From the sequence record PZ452609.1: 64,000 bases of DNA. The stretch is one strand, 5' to 3'. Positions 50,164 to 58,987 of the stretch are shown in pieces (within the stretch, counting starts at the first letter, position 1; each line of letters opens with the position of its first letter). The translations under genes and the position numbers were made by a program. A model generated the notes under the pieces. It worked only from the letters and a program-made list of their open reading frames with translations, had not been told where the DNA came from and did no database searches. Source of the stretch: a phage.

Positions 50164-50705
50164 TCTTTCACCATAGCGTTTCTGAACTGGCGTTGTGTTT
50201 CTCTTGTAATTTCGTTTGGGGTAAACCCTGCTTTTAGCATATCTCTGAAAAGAACTTCTAAGTGGTCCCTCTCAATGATGTAAATAGCATTCTGAATAGC
50301 TGTTTTACGCTCCTTCAGGTCGCTGCTAATCTCTTCGCACTTGCTTGTAAGTTCTGTGTCAACTTTCTTATAGACTGGCATAACATGTGCATAACAGCCT
50401 TTATTGGTCTCCATGAAGAATTTAAAAGATTCCTCAGAGTCCTTTAAAGCAATCCCTATAAAGTTTTTGTAAGCACCTGTGAAAGATAAGGACTCAATCT
50501 CAGCAGTCGAGTATACAGTTCCAGCACACAGTCTTGCAGAAGTACTAAATGTGTGGTTTGGTGTTGTGTCAAAGTCTAAGTTCTTCAGTGGTTGAAAATA
50601 AACTGTTCCATTGTGTGAGATGTGTGTTACAACAGCCTCAACACTCTTTGAAGGATTCTGTTTAACATACAAAATAATTTTATCGTGTTCTTTCACTTTA
50701 GCCAT
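50160..50705 (-). CDS. hypothetical protein
   Basis: 181-aa ORF. Confidence 0.45.
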   Translation of the reverse strand: MAKVKEHDKIILYVKQNPSKSVEAVVTHISHNGTVYFQPLKNLDFDTTPNHTFSTSARLCAGTVYSTAEIESLSFTGAYKNFIGIALKDSEESFKFFMETNKGCYAHVMPVYKKVDTELTSKCEEISSDLKERKTAIQNAIYIIERDHLEVLFRDMLKAGFTPNEITRETQRQFRNAMVKE

Positions 50706-50777
50706 ATCTATTCTCCAGAAACTAAAAAGGGAACTACCTCTCGATAGCTCCCATCATAATCAATATTGTATACTCGG

Positions 50778-51359
50778 TCAAGAGTATTTTTTAGGCAGTA
50801 ATGCACTGCGCTTGTTACTCTCTTCACTCAACAGTGCGATAAATTCATCACCTTTACCCTTCCACGGACTAAATGTAGGGATGTGTTCTCTGATAGCATC
50901 AATCACTGTTTTCAGGGCGTTATTTTTTAACCACCAATCAGACACTGCCGAAGCTACAATATAATAAGCACCATCATCTGTGAAGATTGGCTCAGAGATA
51001 CATGGTGAAATCATAGTGGTAATGATAGAGCCATTATTCATGTAGTATGTTCTTTTTTCAACCTTATCAAGAAGCTTATGTAGGTCTGCAAAGAGACTCA
51101 CAACCTCTTTATGGTCAATATCTTTTTCAAGATTTGCTCTGTATTTCAGTAGTGCAGCATCAACCTCTTTATCATTGAATTTGAAGTATTGTACTTCTTC
51201 ATTCACGCATACACTGATGTTGTTAGTGTTTATCGTCAATTTGCACAGTTTGACTGGAGAATTGATGTTAGTCTGAAAAAGTGCTACACAGCCTTCTACA
51301 TTTCCGAAATGTTTTACTAATGTAACTTCTGGTTGGATATGCTCATGTTCTTCTGACAT
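50778..51359 (-). CDS. hypothetical protein
   Basis: 193-aa ORF. Confidence 0.45.
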   Translation of the reverse strand: MSEEHEHIQPEVTLVKHFGNVEGCVALFQTNINSPVKLCKLTINTNNISVCVNEEVQYFKFNDKEVDAALLKYRANLEKDIDHKEVVSLFADLHKLLDKVEKRTYYMNNGSIITTMISPCISEPIFTDDGAYYIVASAVSDWWLKNNALKTVIDAIREHIPTFSPWKGKGDEFIALLSEESNKRSALLPKKYS

Positions 51360-51703
51360 TACAGTTTCCTCATTAAATACTTTTTAAGTTGTGTGTTAGG
51401 TTTCTCAAAAACTTCTATAGAAGATATCTTAACAGATTCACCACGCATACCAGTATGTTTGAATATGTAGTACTCTAACATCCCTATATACTTTGCTGGT
51501 AAGTCATGCTTGACATACACCGTCACAGAATCTTCAAACTCAACAACCTTTGTACCATCTTTGTAGTTAAACTCTTTAGGATGGTTGTAGTTGTCTATGT
51601 CATACATTAAAAAGAGTCTTTTACGTTGTAAGTCAAGCTTATTTGTTAAAGACTCTTTGATATCTGAGAAGTTTTTGTAAACTGTGACATGGAGCTTACT
51701 CAT
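51359..51703 (-). CDS. hypothetical protein
   Basis: 114-aa ORF. Confidence 0.4.
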   Translation of the reverse strand: MSKLHVTVYKNFSDIKESLTNKLDLQRKRLFLMYDIDNYNHPKEFNYKDGTKVVEFEDSVTVYVKHDLPAKYIGMLEYYIFKHTGMRGESVKISSIEVFEKPNTQLKKYLMRKL

Positions 51704-51989
51704 CGTTAAACTCTCTGACGAAGAAATAGTTGACTTTGTTATTACCTACCATAAGGTCAAAGCAGGTATTTTCAAAAGGCTTGTTGTAGGCATCGTATGA
51801 AACATATGGGTCAGCTACTTGCTTAGTGCTTAACTTCTTACTTGATGGATTTAAGAGGCCACCATACAGCTTCTTGATAGCCTCTTCTACAACAGACCAG
51901 ATAATTTCGTCAGTAATTTCTTCGTACAGGTCAAGTTCACGCTCTAGTGAGAAGTCACAAATAGGGAAAACAACCTGTACTTTACTCAT
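51696..51989 (-). CDS. hypothetical protein
   Basis: 97-aa ORF. Confidence 0.4.
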   Translation of the reverse strand: MSKVQVVFPICDFSLERELDLYEEITDEIIWSVVEEAIKKLYGGLLNPSSKKLSTKQVADPYVSYDAYNKPFENTCFDLMVGNNKVNYFFVREFNDE

Positions 51990-52378
51990 TAACGAATAAC
52001 CTGTGAGACTTGAATTGCTTCAGTTACAGACAAATCACCAACTTTCTCTTCTTTGATAAAAGTGAATGTGAGTTCAACAGGCTCTTGCTCTTCTTGCTCA
52101 ACTGGAATGCCATTAAGCTCATCGCGGATTGATTGAGTTGTCCAGTCTTCTCCACCATCTGGATAATGGATGGCGTAAAGAGGAAACTCCATGTCATACC
52201 AGCCAAATACAGGGCAACCATCTGCATCATCTCGCATTCTGCGAAGGGTGCTACCTGAGCCTGTAAAGCGAAGACTAATATTTCCATTACACTCAAAAAT
52301 CACTGCGTCAGCAAGTCCAGCATCTTCTCGACCATCATGGCCAAAGGTGTCAACTTTTACTTGAATCTCTTTATTCAT
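51989..52378 (-). CDS. hypothetical protein
   Basis: 129-aa ORF. Confidence 0.4.
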   Translation of the reverse strand: MNKEIQVKVDTFGHDGREDAGLADAVIFECNGNISLRFTGSGSTLRRMRDDADGCPVFGWYDMEFPLYAIHYPDGGEDWTTQSIRDELNGIPVEQEEQEPVELTFTFIKEEKVGDLSVTEAIQVSQVIR

Positions 52379-52769
52379 AAAAACCTCTCTCTGCTTGTTC
52401 TATTTTTGCTCTTAAAGCTTCGCAATGTTGTAAATGATAGTTAGCTTCTTGTTCATGTGTTGCTAACTGCCTTTCCAGAACAGTTTTATAATAACTTGCG
52501 AGTTGCTCTTTTGTCAATGGGTGCTCTGAAATAATATCAAGTCCACTTTCACCAAGAGGGTTGAATTGTCCATGTTCGTTGACATTGTAAGTCTCAAACT
52601 TGAACAGGCCATTGTTCACAGACTCAATAGGTGACAGCTCAACAAGCTCTACAGTAAACCGTGTATATACCTTGTCACCTCTTGAAACCACATTGTTCCC
52701 GACAATGCGTACAAGCGAGCCATTACGAGTGTACTTAAAAGTTCCAAAGTCACTAGCCCAAAGTTTCAT
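52371..52769 (-). CDS. hypothetical protein
   Basis: 132-aa ORF. Confidence 0.4.
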   Translation of the reverse strand: MKLWASDFGTFKYTRNGSLVRIVGNNVVSRGDKVYTRFTVELVELSPIESVNNGLFKFETYNVNEHGQFNPLGESGLDIISEHPLTKEQLASYYKTVLERQLATHEQEANYHLQHCEALRAKIEQAERGFYE

Positions 52770-52783
52770 AGCTTTCTCCTTAG

Positions 52784-52810
52784 AAAATAAAAAAGGCTCC
52801 CGAAGGAGCC
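52784..52810 (-). terminator. rho-independent terminator on the minus strand downstream of lysozyme
   Basis: Minus-strand reading ggctcc-ttcg-ggagcc then tttttt. Confidence 0.55.
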
Positions 52811-52820
52811 TATGAAGATA

Positions 52821-53285
52821 TTACTTTGGGTATACACTGTCAAGATAAATGTCAGCTTCCATTCTACGTCTGTTTTTCAGACCGTTTGAAGTGACCTTCT
52901 TACCTTTGACTGTAACCTTGTTCCACCACTGCATAGCTTCTGCACAACCTACCTTATTACCAGCATTGTGGCGCTTGATAAATGTGGAATCCTGCATAGC
53001 TGTGATACCGATGTTGTATGTTTCACTTACAAGTGCATCGAACTCATTCTGAGTAGTTGGAACCTTGATAGCTTTGTTCACTGCTGCAACAAACTTCTCA
53101 ACATCCGCGAGAAGATACTGTTCAGCTTGTTCAGCAGTAATTTTCATACCCATCTTAACAGGTTTTCCGTCAATACGGATTGTCCCATACCCGATTGTTG
53201 GGATTCCGGCAGAATCTTCGTAAGCCTCTAACTCCAGACCTTCGAAGAACTTAATAGCATCTAAACCTTTTCTTGAGAGTTGCAT
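52821..53285 (-). CDS. endolysin, T4-type lysozyme (GH24)
   Basis: N-terminal FEGLELEAYEDSAGIPTIGYG..T contains the catalytic E-(8 aa)-D-(5 aa)-T spacing of GH24 lysozymes. Confidence 0.75.
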   Translation of the reverse strand: MQLSRKGLDAIKFFEGLELEAYEDSAGIPTIGYGTIRIDGKPVKMGMKITAEQAEQYLLADVEKFVAAVNKAIKVPTTQNEFDALVSETYNIGITAMQDSTFIKRHNAGNKVGCAEAMQWWNKVTVKGKKVTSNGLKNRRRMEADIYLDSVYPK

Positions 53286-54166
53286 TACGCCTCCCCTGCT
53301 GGGTTAACTGTAACTGTTGCTGCATTGGATGTTACAGAGCCACCTGCACCAGTAACTACACAGGTGTAGCTTCCTGCATCAGCAGCGGTCGCACCTTCTT
53401 TGGTGTAAGTTGCAGTAGTTGCATCAAGGATGTCTTCCTCACCTTTCTTCCACTGGTAACCTGTCGCACCTGTTGCCACAACATTCAGCGTTAAGGTCTC
53501 ACCTTCATTGATTTCTTGATTGGTTGGCTGTTGAGTGATTACCGGAAGTGCGTTAACAGTAACCGTTGCAGGGCTAGAAGTGACAGAACCACCTGCACCT
53601 GTTACAACGCAAGTGTATGAACCTGCATCAGAAGGTTCTACAGACTGTTTTGTGTAGGTTGCAGATGTGGCGCTAGTGATATCCTCACCATCCTTTTTCC
53701 ATTGATATCCAGTGGCATTAGTTGCAATAACGCTTAGGGTAAGTGTACCACCTTCATTTACTGTTTGATTGGTTGGTTGCTGAGTGATTGATGGTGGCTT
53801 GATAGCGTCCTTCAACTTAGCATTCAACATTGAGAATGGTTTAACTCTTGCCAGCCATTCACAATAAACTGTATCAACGTCTTTACCATTGATAATTGCA
53901 TATTGTAAGTCCATGAAGAAGTCAGAAGTTCTCATTTGAGCACCAACACTGTAAAGCAACTCATCACTAAATGGGACTTTATAGTCTGGTTTATAGTCAA
54001 ACTTCTCAACTTCTGCAATATCAGCTTCAGGCCAATACGAGCTATAGGTAAGTGGTAAAATAGCCTCTTGATATGTTCTAAAATCATACCTCTTACCAGC
54101 CTTTACGTTTGCAATGAAGCCCTTCACAAACTCTTTGAAGTCTGGGTAAGTCTTTGCTTTAATCAT
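53285..54166 (-). CDS. protein with two tandem Ig-like domains fused to a paralog-type N-terminal domain
   Basis: Two about 88-aa repeats (PxITQQPTNQ..NEG.TLTL.V.ATGATGYQWKK..GSYTCVVTGAGGSVTS); N-terminal 120 aa resemble the adjacent 123-aa ORF. Confidence 0.55.
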   Translation of the reverse strand: MIKAKTYPDFKEFVKGFIANVKAGKRYDFRTYQEAILPLTYSSYWPEADIAEVEKFDYKPDYKVPFSDELLYSVGAQMRTSDFFMDLQYAIINGKDVDTVYCEWLARVKPFSMLNAKLKDAIKPPSITQQPTNQTVNEGGTLTLSVIATNATGYQWKKDGEDITSATSATYTKQSVEPSDAGSYTCVVTGAGGSVTSSPATVTVNALPVITQQPTNQEINEGETLTLNVVATGATGYQWKKGEEDILDATTATYTKEGATAADAGSYTCVVTGAGGSVTSNAATVTVNPAGEA

Positions 54167-54534
54167 TTCTTTTCAGCCTCTAAATGTGCGTTTAGCCTAA
54201 AATAACCTTTGTGATTCGGAGATACATCACCAACAACAATACCTTTAACCTTATAACCTTTACCAATTATATACTGGATATCCATAAGGAATCTTCCAAG
54301 ACCAACAATATGGAACATTGGATATAATAGATTCTCAGAGTCTGGAATATTGATTTCGGGTTTGTAGGTGCATTGTTCGATTGTTGGTGTAATATCTTCT
54401 TCAGGCCATTTACTGAGTCTCCATGTCAAAGGTGTTGGGATAACATCATTAAGGTTGTACCTTTCACCATTTTGCACGGAATTGATATAGGATTGTAGGA
54501 AGCAATAAAAGTCTTTTGCACTCTTAGCTTTCAT
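54163..54534 (-). CDS. paralog of the N-terminal domain of the Ig-like protein
   Basis: MKAKSAKDF..NGERYNL..FLMDIQYII..LNAHLE parallels MIKAKTYPDF..AGKRYDF..FFMDLQYAI..LNAKLK. Confidence 0.5.
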   Translation of the reverse strand: MKAKSAKDFYCFLQSYINSVQNGERYNLNDVIPTPLTWRLSKWPEEDITPTIEQCTYKPEINIPDSENLLYPMFHIVGLGRFLMDIQYIIGKGYKVKGIVVGDVSPNHKGYFRLNAHLEAEKK

Positions 54535-54581
54535 TAAATATCCTTATAAATAGTTAAAGGGGCATCAGCCCCTATTCACAC

Positions 54582-55172
54582 TTAAGCTTTGGTCTTAAGT
54601 AGGTTCTTAAGTTTTTTAAGATTCATACTCTCATCAAACTTAAAACCAAATCCATTGACATAATCAATGAACTCGGATTTCTTACTAAGTGACAATGCGT
54701 AACTCATATCAAAGTTCTTACTTGTTTCTGCGTCTGGACTAGAGTTCACATCAAATGAAATTTCCGTAGGCTCTTGCTTACTTTTTCTCATATTATCAAC
54801 CAACAAACATGTATAGTTTGCTGGATAGAAATTTACACTACCATCAACGTAGCTGTACTTATTATTATGGATAAGGTTGGAAAAGACCTTAAGGAATGTT
54901 TCTGAGTCGTGGCAAACAAGTTTGAATTGGCTGCTCTCTCCAAGCGCAACTAATGAGTACGGACTTTCACTATCAAAGTCATAATTTGGATTCGATGCCG
55001 TTACTGTTACACGCATCAAGTTATTAGCAATAGTCTTCTGTTTAAAAGAATTTTGAACATAGTGAAGACCTCTATCACACTGATTGACTAGCTCTTTAAG
55101 TAGGTCATTTGCATATGGTGAATTAATTGATACAGAGCCATCACTATTGTAATTAAAACTTACTGTTAGCAT
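54582..55172 (-). CDS. hypothetical protein
   Basis: 196-aa ORF. Confidence 0.45.
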   Translation of the reverse strand: MLTVSFNYNSDGSVSINSPYANDLLKELVNQCDRGLHYVQNSFKQKTIANNLMRVTVTASNPNYDFDSESPYSLVALGESSQFKLVCHDSETFLKVFSNLIHNNKYSYVDGSVNFYPANYTCLLVDNMRKSKQEPTEISFDVNSSPDAETSKNFDMSYALSLSKKSEFIDYVNGFGFKFDESMNLKKLKNLLKTKA

Positions 55173-55399
55173 TTTTCAGTTCTCCTGCGATTTATAATTT
55201 TGCTGCAATAGAGAAACGAAGTAAACTCACTGGAAGAAACCATTAAGTGTTGTTCACTAGATTGAGCCATTGCCCTGAAATACATTCCAGTCAAAGCATC
55301 ATAGTGACTATTCTTTCCAATTGAGGTTATATAGCCATGACTCTTTGCAGTTTGATATAAATCTATAATATCTGCGATTTCTAATTGGGAACTACACAT
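55166..55399 (-). CDS. hypothetical protein
   Basis: 77-aa ORF. Confidence 0.35.
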   Translation of the reverse strand: MCSSQLEIADIIDLYQTAKSHGYITSIGKNSHYDALTGMYFRAMAQSSEQHLMVSSSEFTSFLYCSKIINRRRTEKC

Positions 55400-55563
55400 A
55401 GATAATCCTCTTGTCTTCTGTAATTTTGAAAGAACAGGTACAGACCAATTTCAGAGGATGAATAGTAGATTAACTCTACCCTTTTGGATTCCTTACAGTG
55501 ATTGGTATTCTTACCTTTCTTCGGTTTATTTGATTTTCTCATTAAGTCTCCTTTGTAGAACAA
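55381..55563 (-). CDS. small basic protein
   Basis: 60-aa ORF; first gene of the minus-strand block. Confidence 0.3.
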   Translation of the reverse strand: MFYKGDLMRKSNKPKKGKNTNHCKESKRVELIYYSSSEIGLYLFFQNYRRQEDYLCVVPN

Positions 55564-55640
55564 GGCAGACCTACAGCTTTAAGTAAGATGGTACAGTAAT
55601 CCATACAACAAGTCAAGAACTATTGCAAGTTAAAAAAGTT

Positions 55641-55664
55641 GTTGACAAAGTACTTGACAAGGTG
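55641..55664 (+). promoter_or_regulatory. conserved double TTGACA element (copy 2)
   Basis: gttgacaaagtacttgacaaggtg, 23 of 24 identical to copy 1, in the second divergent region. Confidence 0.5.
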
Positions 55665-55791
55665 TAGGCTTATAAATACTTAGAAGATAACTTAAAAGGT
55701 TCCTCTAAAAAGGCTATTTAAACAGATATCTTTCTGGATATCTATCTTTTATCTTAAAAGCCTTTTAAGAGGTCTTATAAGAGGCATACCA

Positions 55792-56163
55792 ATGAAAAAC
55801 AGAACAAACAAAGGCCAGTTTAAAAAAGGCCAGTCTGGAAACCCATCTGGAAGACCAAAAGGCTCTCGTAACAAAAGCTCACTTGTAAAAGCTCAACTGA
55901 CCATTGATAATTCTGCTGAGTTTGCTGCAAAGTTGTTTGAGGCGATTGTTACAAGGGACGCTGCTAAGCTTGCAGAGTTCGGGTTAAACACAGACGATGT
56001 AACCATCAAGAGCATGATTGAAGTCGGTAAAACTATCATGACCCACTCAGCAGGTGAGATGAAAGCAATTGCAGCAGACACTAAGAAGACTCCTGATAAC
56101 GGTGGTCAGTCTCAGACAGATAACAAACCAACGTTCTCTGCTGTTGCAACCCTTAAAAAATAA
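55792..56163 (+). CDS. hypothetical protein with basic GNPxGRPKG-type N-terminus
   Basis: KKGQSGNPSGRPKGSRNK motif. Confidence 0.45.
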   Translation: MKNRTNKGQFKKGQSGNPSGRPKGSRNKSSLVKAQLTIDNSAEFAAKLFEAIVTRDAAKLAEFGLNTDDVTIKSMIEVGKTIMTHSAGEMKAIAADTKKTPDNGGQSQTDNKPTFSAVATLKK

Positions 56164-56244
56164 TTTTAAAAGATGTTGACAGACTCTATAAAGTTGCTCT
56201 AAAGTCTGTCACATCAAACAACAAATGAGAGAAGAGAGTAAAAT

Positions 56245-57660
56245 ATGAGCGAGTTATTTAAACATGCGCACCTTCATGCAGGTCGAACTGAAAATGGTGC
56301 TGTAAACCATACTTCATCAATGTCTGCTCTTGTAGACTTTTACAAAGCTGCTGGTTCAAGCCGTAGCAATGTAGAAATCTTACCAGACCTGTTCTACAAA
56401 GCTTTGCGTGAGGATGTTGATGTTGCAGTTCGTATTTTACTGCATATGCGAGATGTACGAGAAGGTATGGGTGAGCGTAAAGCCTTCAGAGCTGTTTTAC
56501 TTCAAGCGATTGAAGACAAAGTTTTAGAGTCTACGCAGGTTCTTCGCATTATGGATAAGATTGCAGAACTTGGTCGTTTTGATGACTTCAAAATCTTCGT
56601 AGGTACTCGTTTCGAGACAGATGCCTTCAAACATTTAGAAGCAGCATTACTAGACCCTGCAACAGCAGGTTTGGCGGCTAAGTGGTTACCACGAGTCAAA
56701 CCACGTCATAAGCAGTTTGTAAAACGTTTCTGCAAGTTTGCCAACTTGAGTGAGAAAGAGTACCGCACACTGTTGTCTGCACTATCTGATACAGTTGAGC
56801 AAAAAATCTCTGCTAATGAGTTTGGTAAGATTGACTACAGTAAGATTCCTTCACTTGCTGCTGCACGTTACCAAAAACTGTTTAACCGTAAAGATGGAGA
56901 GCGTTACAAAGCTTACATCGAGTCCTTATCAAAAGGTGAGACTAAGATTAACGCTGGTGCTGTTTACCCATACGATGTGATTAAATCTGTCAAGTATGGT
57001 AATGCAGATGTTGCTAATGAGCAGTGGAAAGCACTACCAAACTGGATGGCAGAAGGTGAAAACATCTTGTGTATGTCTGATGTATCAAGTTCAATGTCTT
57101 GGGTGAATTTTGGCTCCATTACTGCTCTGGATATTGGTGTATCACTTGCCTTGTATGTAGCAGAACGCAATACAGGTTGCTTTAAGAATGAGTTGATGGT
57201 TTATTCAACAAACCCTCACTTCATCGAACTGAGTGGTGATTTACGAAACCGTCATCGTCAGGTGATGCGACACGTTGAATATGGCTCAACTAACTTACAA
57301 GCAGCTTTTGACCGCATTCTTGAAACAGGTAAAAGAAACAACTTGACTCAGAAAGATATGCCAAGTAAGCTTATCATCTTCTCCGATATGGAGTTTAATC
57401 AGGTTGATGGAGCTAACGGTCGTACAAACTTTGAAGCAATTCAGAGTAAGTACAAAAAAGCTGGATATGAGATGCCACAACTGGTATTCTGGTACTTAGC
57501 AAACCGTAATGGTACTTGCGAAGTATCTGTTAAGGATAACGGTGTAGCAATGGTATCAGGGTTCTCTCCAGCCACTTTAAAAGCTCTGCTTGGTGGTGAG
57601 AAGTTTGACCCAATCAGTGTAATGCTCAAAGCAGTAATGATTGACCGTTATATCTGGTAA
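56245..57660 (+). CDS. Ro60-like protein (TROVE-like N-terminal region + von Willebrand A domain)
   Basis: C-terminal MIDAS-like DVSSSM..STNLQ..FSDMEF (vWA); N-terminal NGAVNHTSSMSALVDFYKAAGSS follows the Ro60 TROVE pattern G.V...T....L..F...GS; immediately upstream of the tRNA cluster. Confidence 0.5.
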   Translation: MSELFKHAHLHAGRTENGAVNHTSSMSALVDFYKAAGSSRSNVEILPDLFYKALREDVDVAVRILLHMRDVREGMGERKAFRAVLLQAIEDKVLESTQVLRIMDKIAELGRFDDFKIFVGTRFETDAFKHLEAALLDPATAGLAAKWLPRVKPRHKQFVKRFCKFANLSEKEYRTLLSALSDTVEQKISANEFGKIDYSKIPSLAAARYQKLFNRKDGERYKAYIESLSKGETKINAGAVYPYDVIKSVKYGNADVANEQWKALPNWMAEGENILCMSDVSSSMSWVNFGSITALDIGVSLALYVAERNTGCFKNELMVYSTNPHFIELSGDLRNRHRQVMRHVEYGSTNLQAAFDRILETGKRNNLTQKDMPSKLIIFSDMEFNQVDGANGRTNFEAIQSKYKKAGYEMPQLVFWYLANRNGTCEVSVKDNGVAMVSGFSPATLKALLGGEKFDPISVMLKAVMIDRYIW

Positions 57661-57678
57661 AAAGTTTTAAAAAGGGTA

Positions 57679-57707
57679 TTGACAATGTGTTTAATACCCT
57701 TTAATAT
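57679..57707 (+). promoter_or_regulatory. sigma70-like promoter upstream of the tRNA cluster
   Basis: TTGACA, 17-bp spacer, TAATAT. Confidence 0.45.
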
Positions 57708-57825
57708 GTTCTACATAGAAACGAAATGAGAGCTTTTCTAAGATGCTGAAAAATATTTTAAAAAAGTTCTTGACAACCACTAAAAAATAATGTTAAAGTG
57801 GTTACATAAAGTTTGAAAAGTTTAT

Positions 57826-57905
57826 CTCCGTTTAGCTCAGTCTGGTTTAGCAGCACTTGCTTTGGGAGCAAGGGGTCGAGGGTTCAAATCCTTCAACGGA
57901 GACCA
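57826..57905 (+). tRNA. tRNA-Pro (anticodon TGG)
   Basis: Hand-folded cloverleaf, anticodon loop ttTGGga, T-loop ggttcaaatcc, 3' CCA encoded. Confidence 0.7.
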
Positions 57906-57912
57906 AATTAAT

Positions 57913-57990
57913 GTTCCAGTAGACAAAATGGTAAAGTCACCACTCTTTCAAAGTGGATATTTGAGGGTTCAAATCCCTTCTGGAACGCCA
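57913..57990 (+). tRNA. tRNA-Glu (anticodon TTC)
   Basis: Anticodon loop ctTTCaa; acceptor gttccag/ctggaac. Confidence 0.7.
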
Positions 57991-58080
57991 GTTTTGACAG
58001 AAGACCAATTACAGCAAACTTAATCTACTCATCTGAAAGTTAATCGGACAAAGAAGATATTTGGTCTGGTCATTAAGAAT

Positions 58081-58157
58081 TGCGGGTATAGAGAAAGGGC
58101 GTCTCACATGTCTCATTAGCATGGTATCGGCAGGTTCGACTCCTGCACCCGCCTCCA
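58081..58157 (+). tRNA. tRNA-Met (anticodon CAT); possible 1:72 mismatch (initiator-like) or register ambiguity
   Basis: Anticodon loop ctCATta; T-arm gcagg-ttcgact-cctgc. Confidence 0.6.
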
Positions 58158-58241
58158 AATTTACAGAAGACCGTTTACAGCAATATTTATTAAATTTTTA
58201 GCGGAAAAAATTGAAATATACGGTCTGGTAATACTAAACAT

Positions 58242-58318
58242 GGTTAGGAAGCACATAAGGTATGTGCGGTCGCCTGTTAAGCGAATGGCACAGGGTTCGA
58301 ATCCCTGACTAACCGCCA
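58242..58318 (+). tRNA. tRNA-Asn (anticodon GTT)
   Basis: Anticodon loop ctGTTaa. Confidence 0.65.
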
Positions 58319-58387
58319 AATTTAGGAGAGAAGCGATTGCTCACCGATTTGTAAGGTACAAGTCCTTAGCCTGAATAGAAATTAAAT

Positions 58388-58475
58388 GTGTCGTTATCCC
58401 GTAGATGGTAGCGGTGGGGACTGTAAATCCCTTGTCATTGAGACTCGGTAGGTTCGACTCCTACACGGCACACCA
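58388..58475 (+). tRNA. tRNA-Tyr (anticodon GTA), long variable arm
   Basis: Anticodon loop ctGTAaa; about 14-nt variable arm. Confidence 0.7.
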
Positions 58476-58480
58476 ATAAA

Positions 58481-58558
58481 GGTTATGTAGTTTAATTTGG
58501 TTAAAATACTCCCCTGTCACGGGAGATGATGAGGGTTCAAATCCCTTCGTAACCGCCA
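58481..58558 (+). tRNA. tRNA-Asp (anticodon GTC)
   Basis: Anticodon loop ctGTCac. Confidence 0.65.
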
Positions 58559-58705
58559 ATTTTGAGAGGGCTATTTAGCCCCTCCCTTAAAGGGTTCTTA
58601 CGAGTATTCTTTAAAGGAGCAGAAGACCAAATACAGCAAGTTATTTAAAATTTCAAGCCAATTTAATTTTGAAAAATTTAAAACTTGGTCTGGCTCAACA
58701 AATTT

Positions 58706-58838
58706 ACAGAAGACCGTTTACAGCAAAACTTAAACAATCTATTTCTCCGGTAAAGAAAAGGCGAAGGTTCGATTCCTTCACTCGGCAGATGTCGAGTTGG
58801 TGTAATGGTAGCACTTAAGATGATAAACAACGGTCTGG
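58706..58838 (+). ncRNA. permuted tRNA-like element, candidate Y RNA-like (YrlA-type) RNA
   Basis: Order is anticodon-like stem-loop, T-arm gaagg-ttcgatt-ccttc, acceptor 3' strand actcggc, short loop, acceptor 5' strand gtcgagt, D-arm tggtgtaatggtagcac; enclosed by an 8-bp helix agaccgtt/aacggtct. Confidence 0.45.
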
Positions 58839-58840
58839 TA

Positions 58841-58982
58841 ATTATCTTTGTAGATAAGTTATTAAGCTTACCTGTGAGTATGCGACCACAAAGGGTGAAA
58901 GGGTAAATTCTAGATTTAAACCCAAAAAGGCACATCGCTACAGACCTTAAGCAAGTCTGGGTAGCTTATCTACAAAGATAAT
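58841..58982. repeat. 19-bp perfect inverted repeat enclosing about 100 nt
   Basis: attatctttgtagataag at 58841 and cttatctacaaagataat at 58963. Confidence 0.7.
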
Positions 58983-58987
58983 TTAAT

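Noticed and set aside
58561-58620. Intrinsic terminator at gagagggctatttagcccctc after tRNA-Asp
   Set aside because: Hairpin is present but lacks a following T-run; more likely a processing structure. A similar ttcttacgag motif recurs at 62450, noted but unexplained.
58678-58935. 85-aa minus-strand ORF in the track
   Set aside because: It overlaps the permuted tRNA-like element and the inverted-repeat structure, and has no ribosome-binding site; read as spurious.
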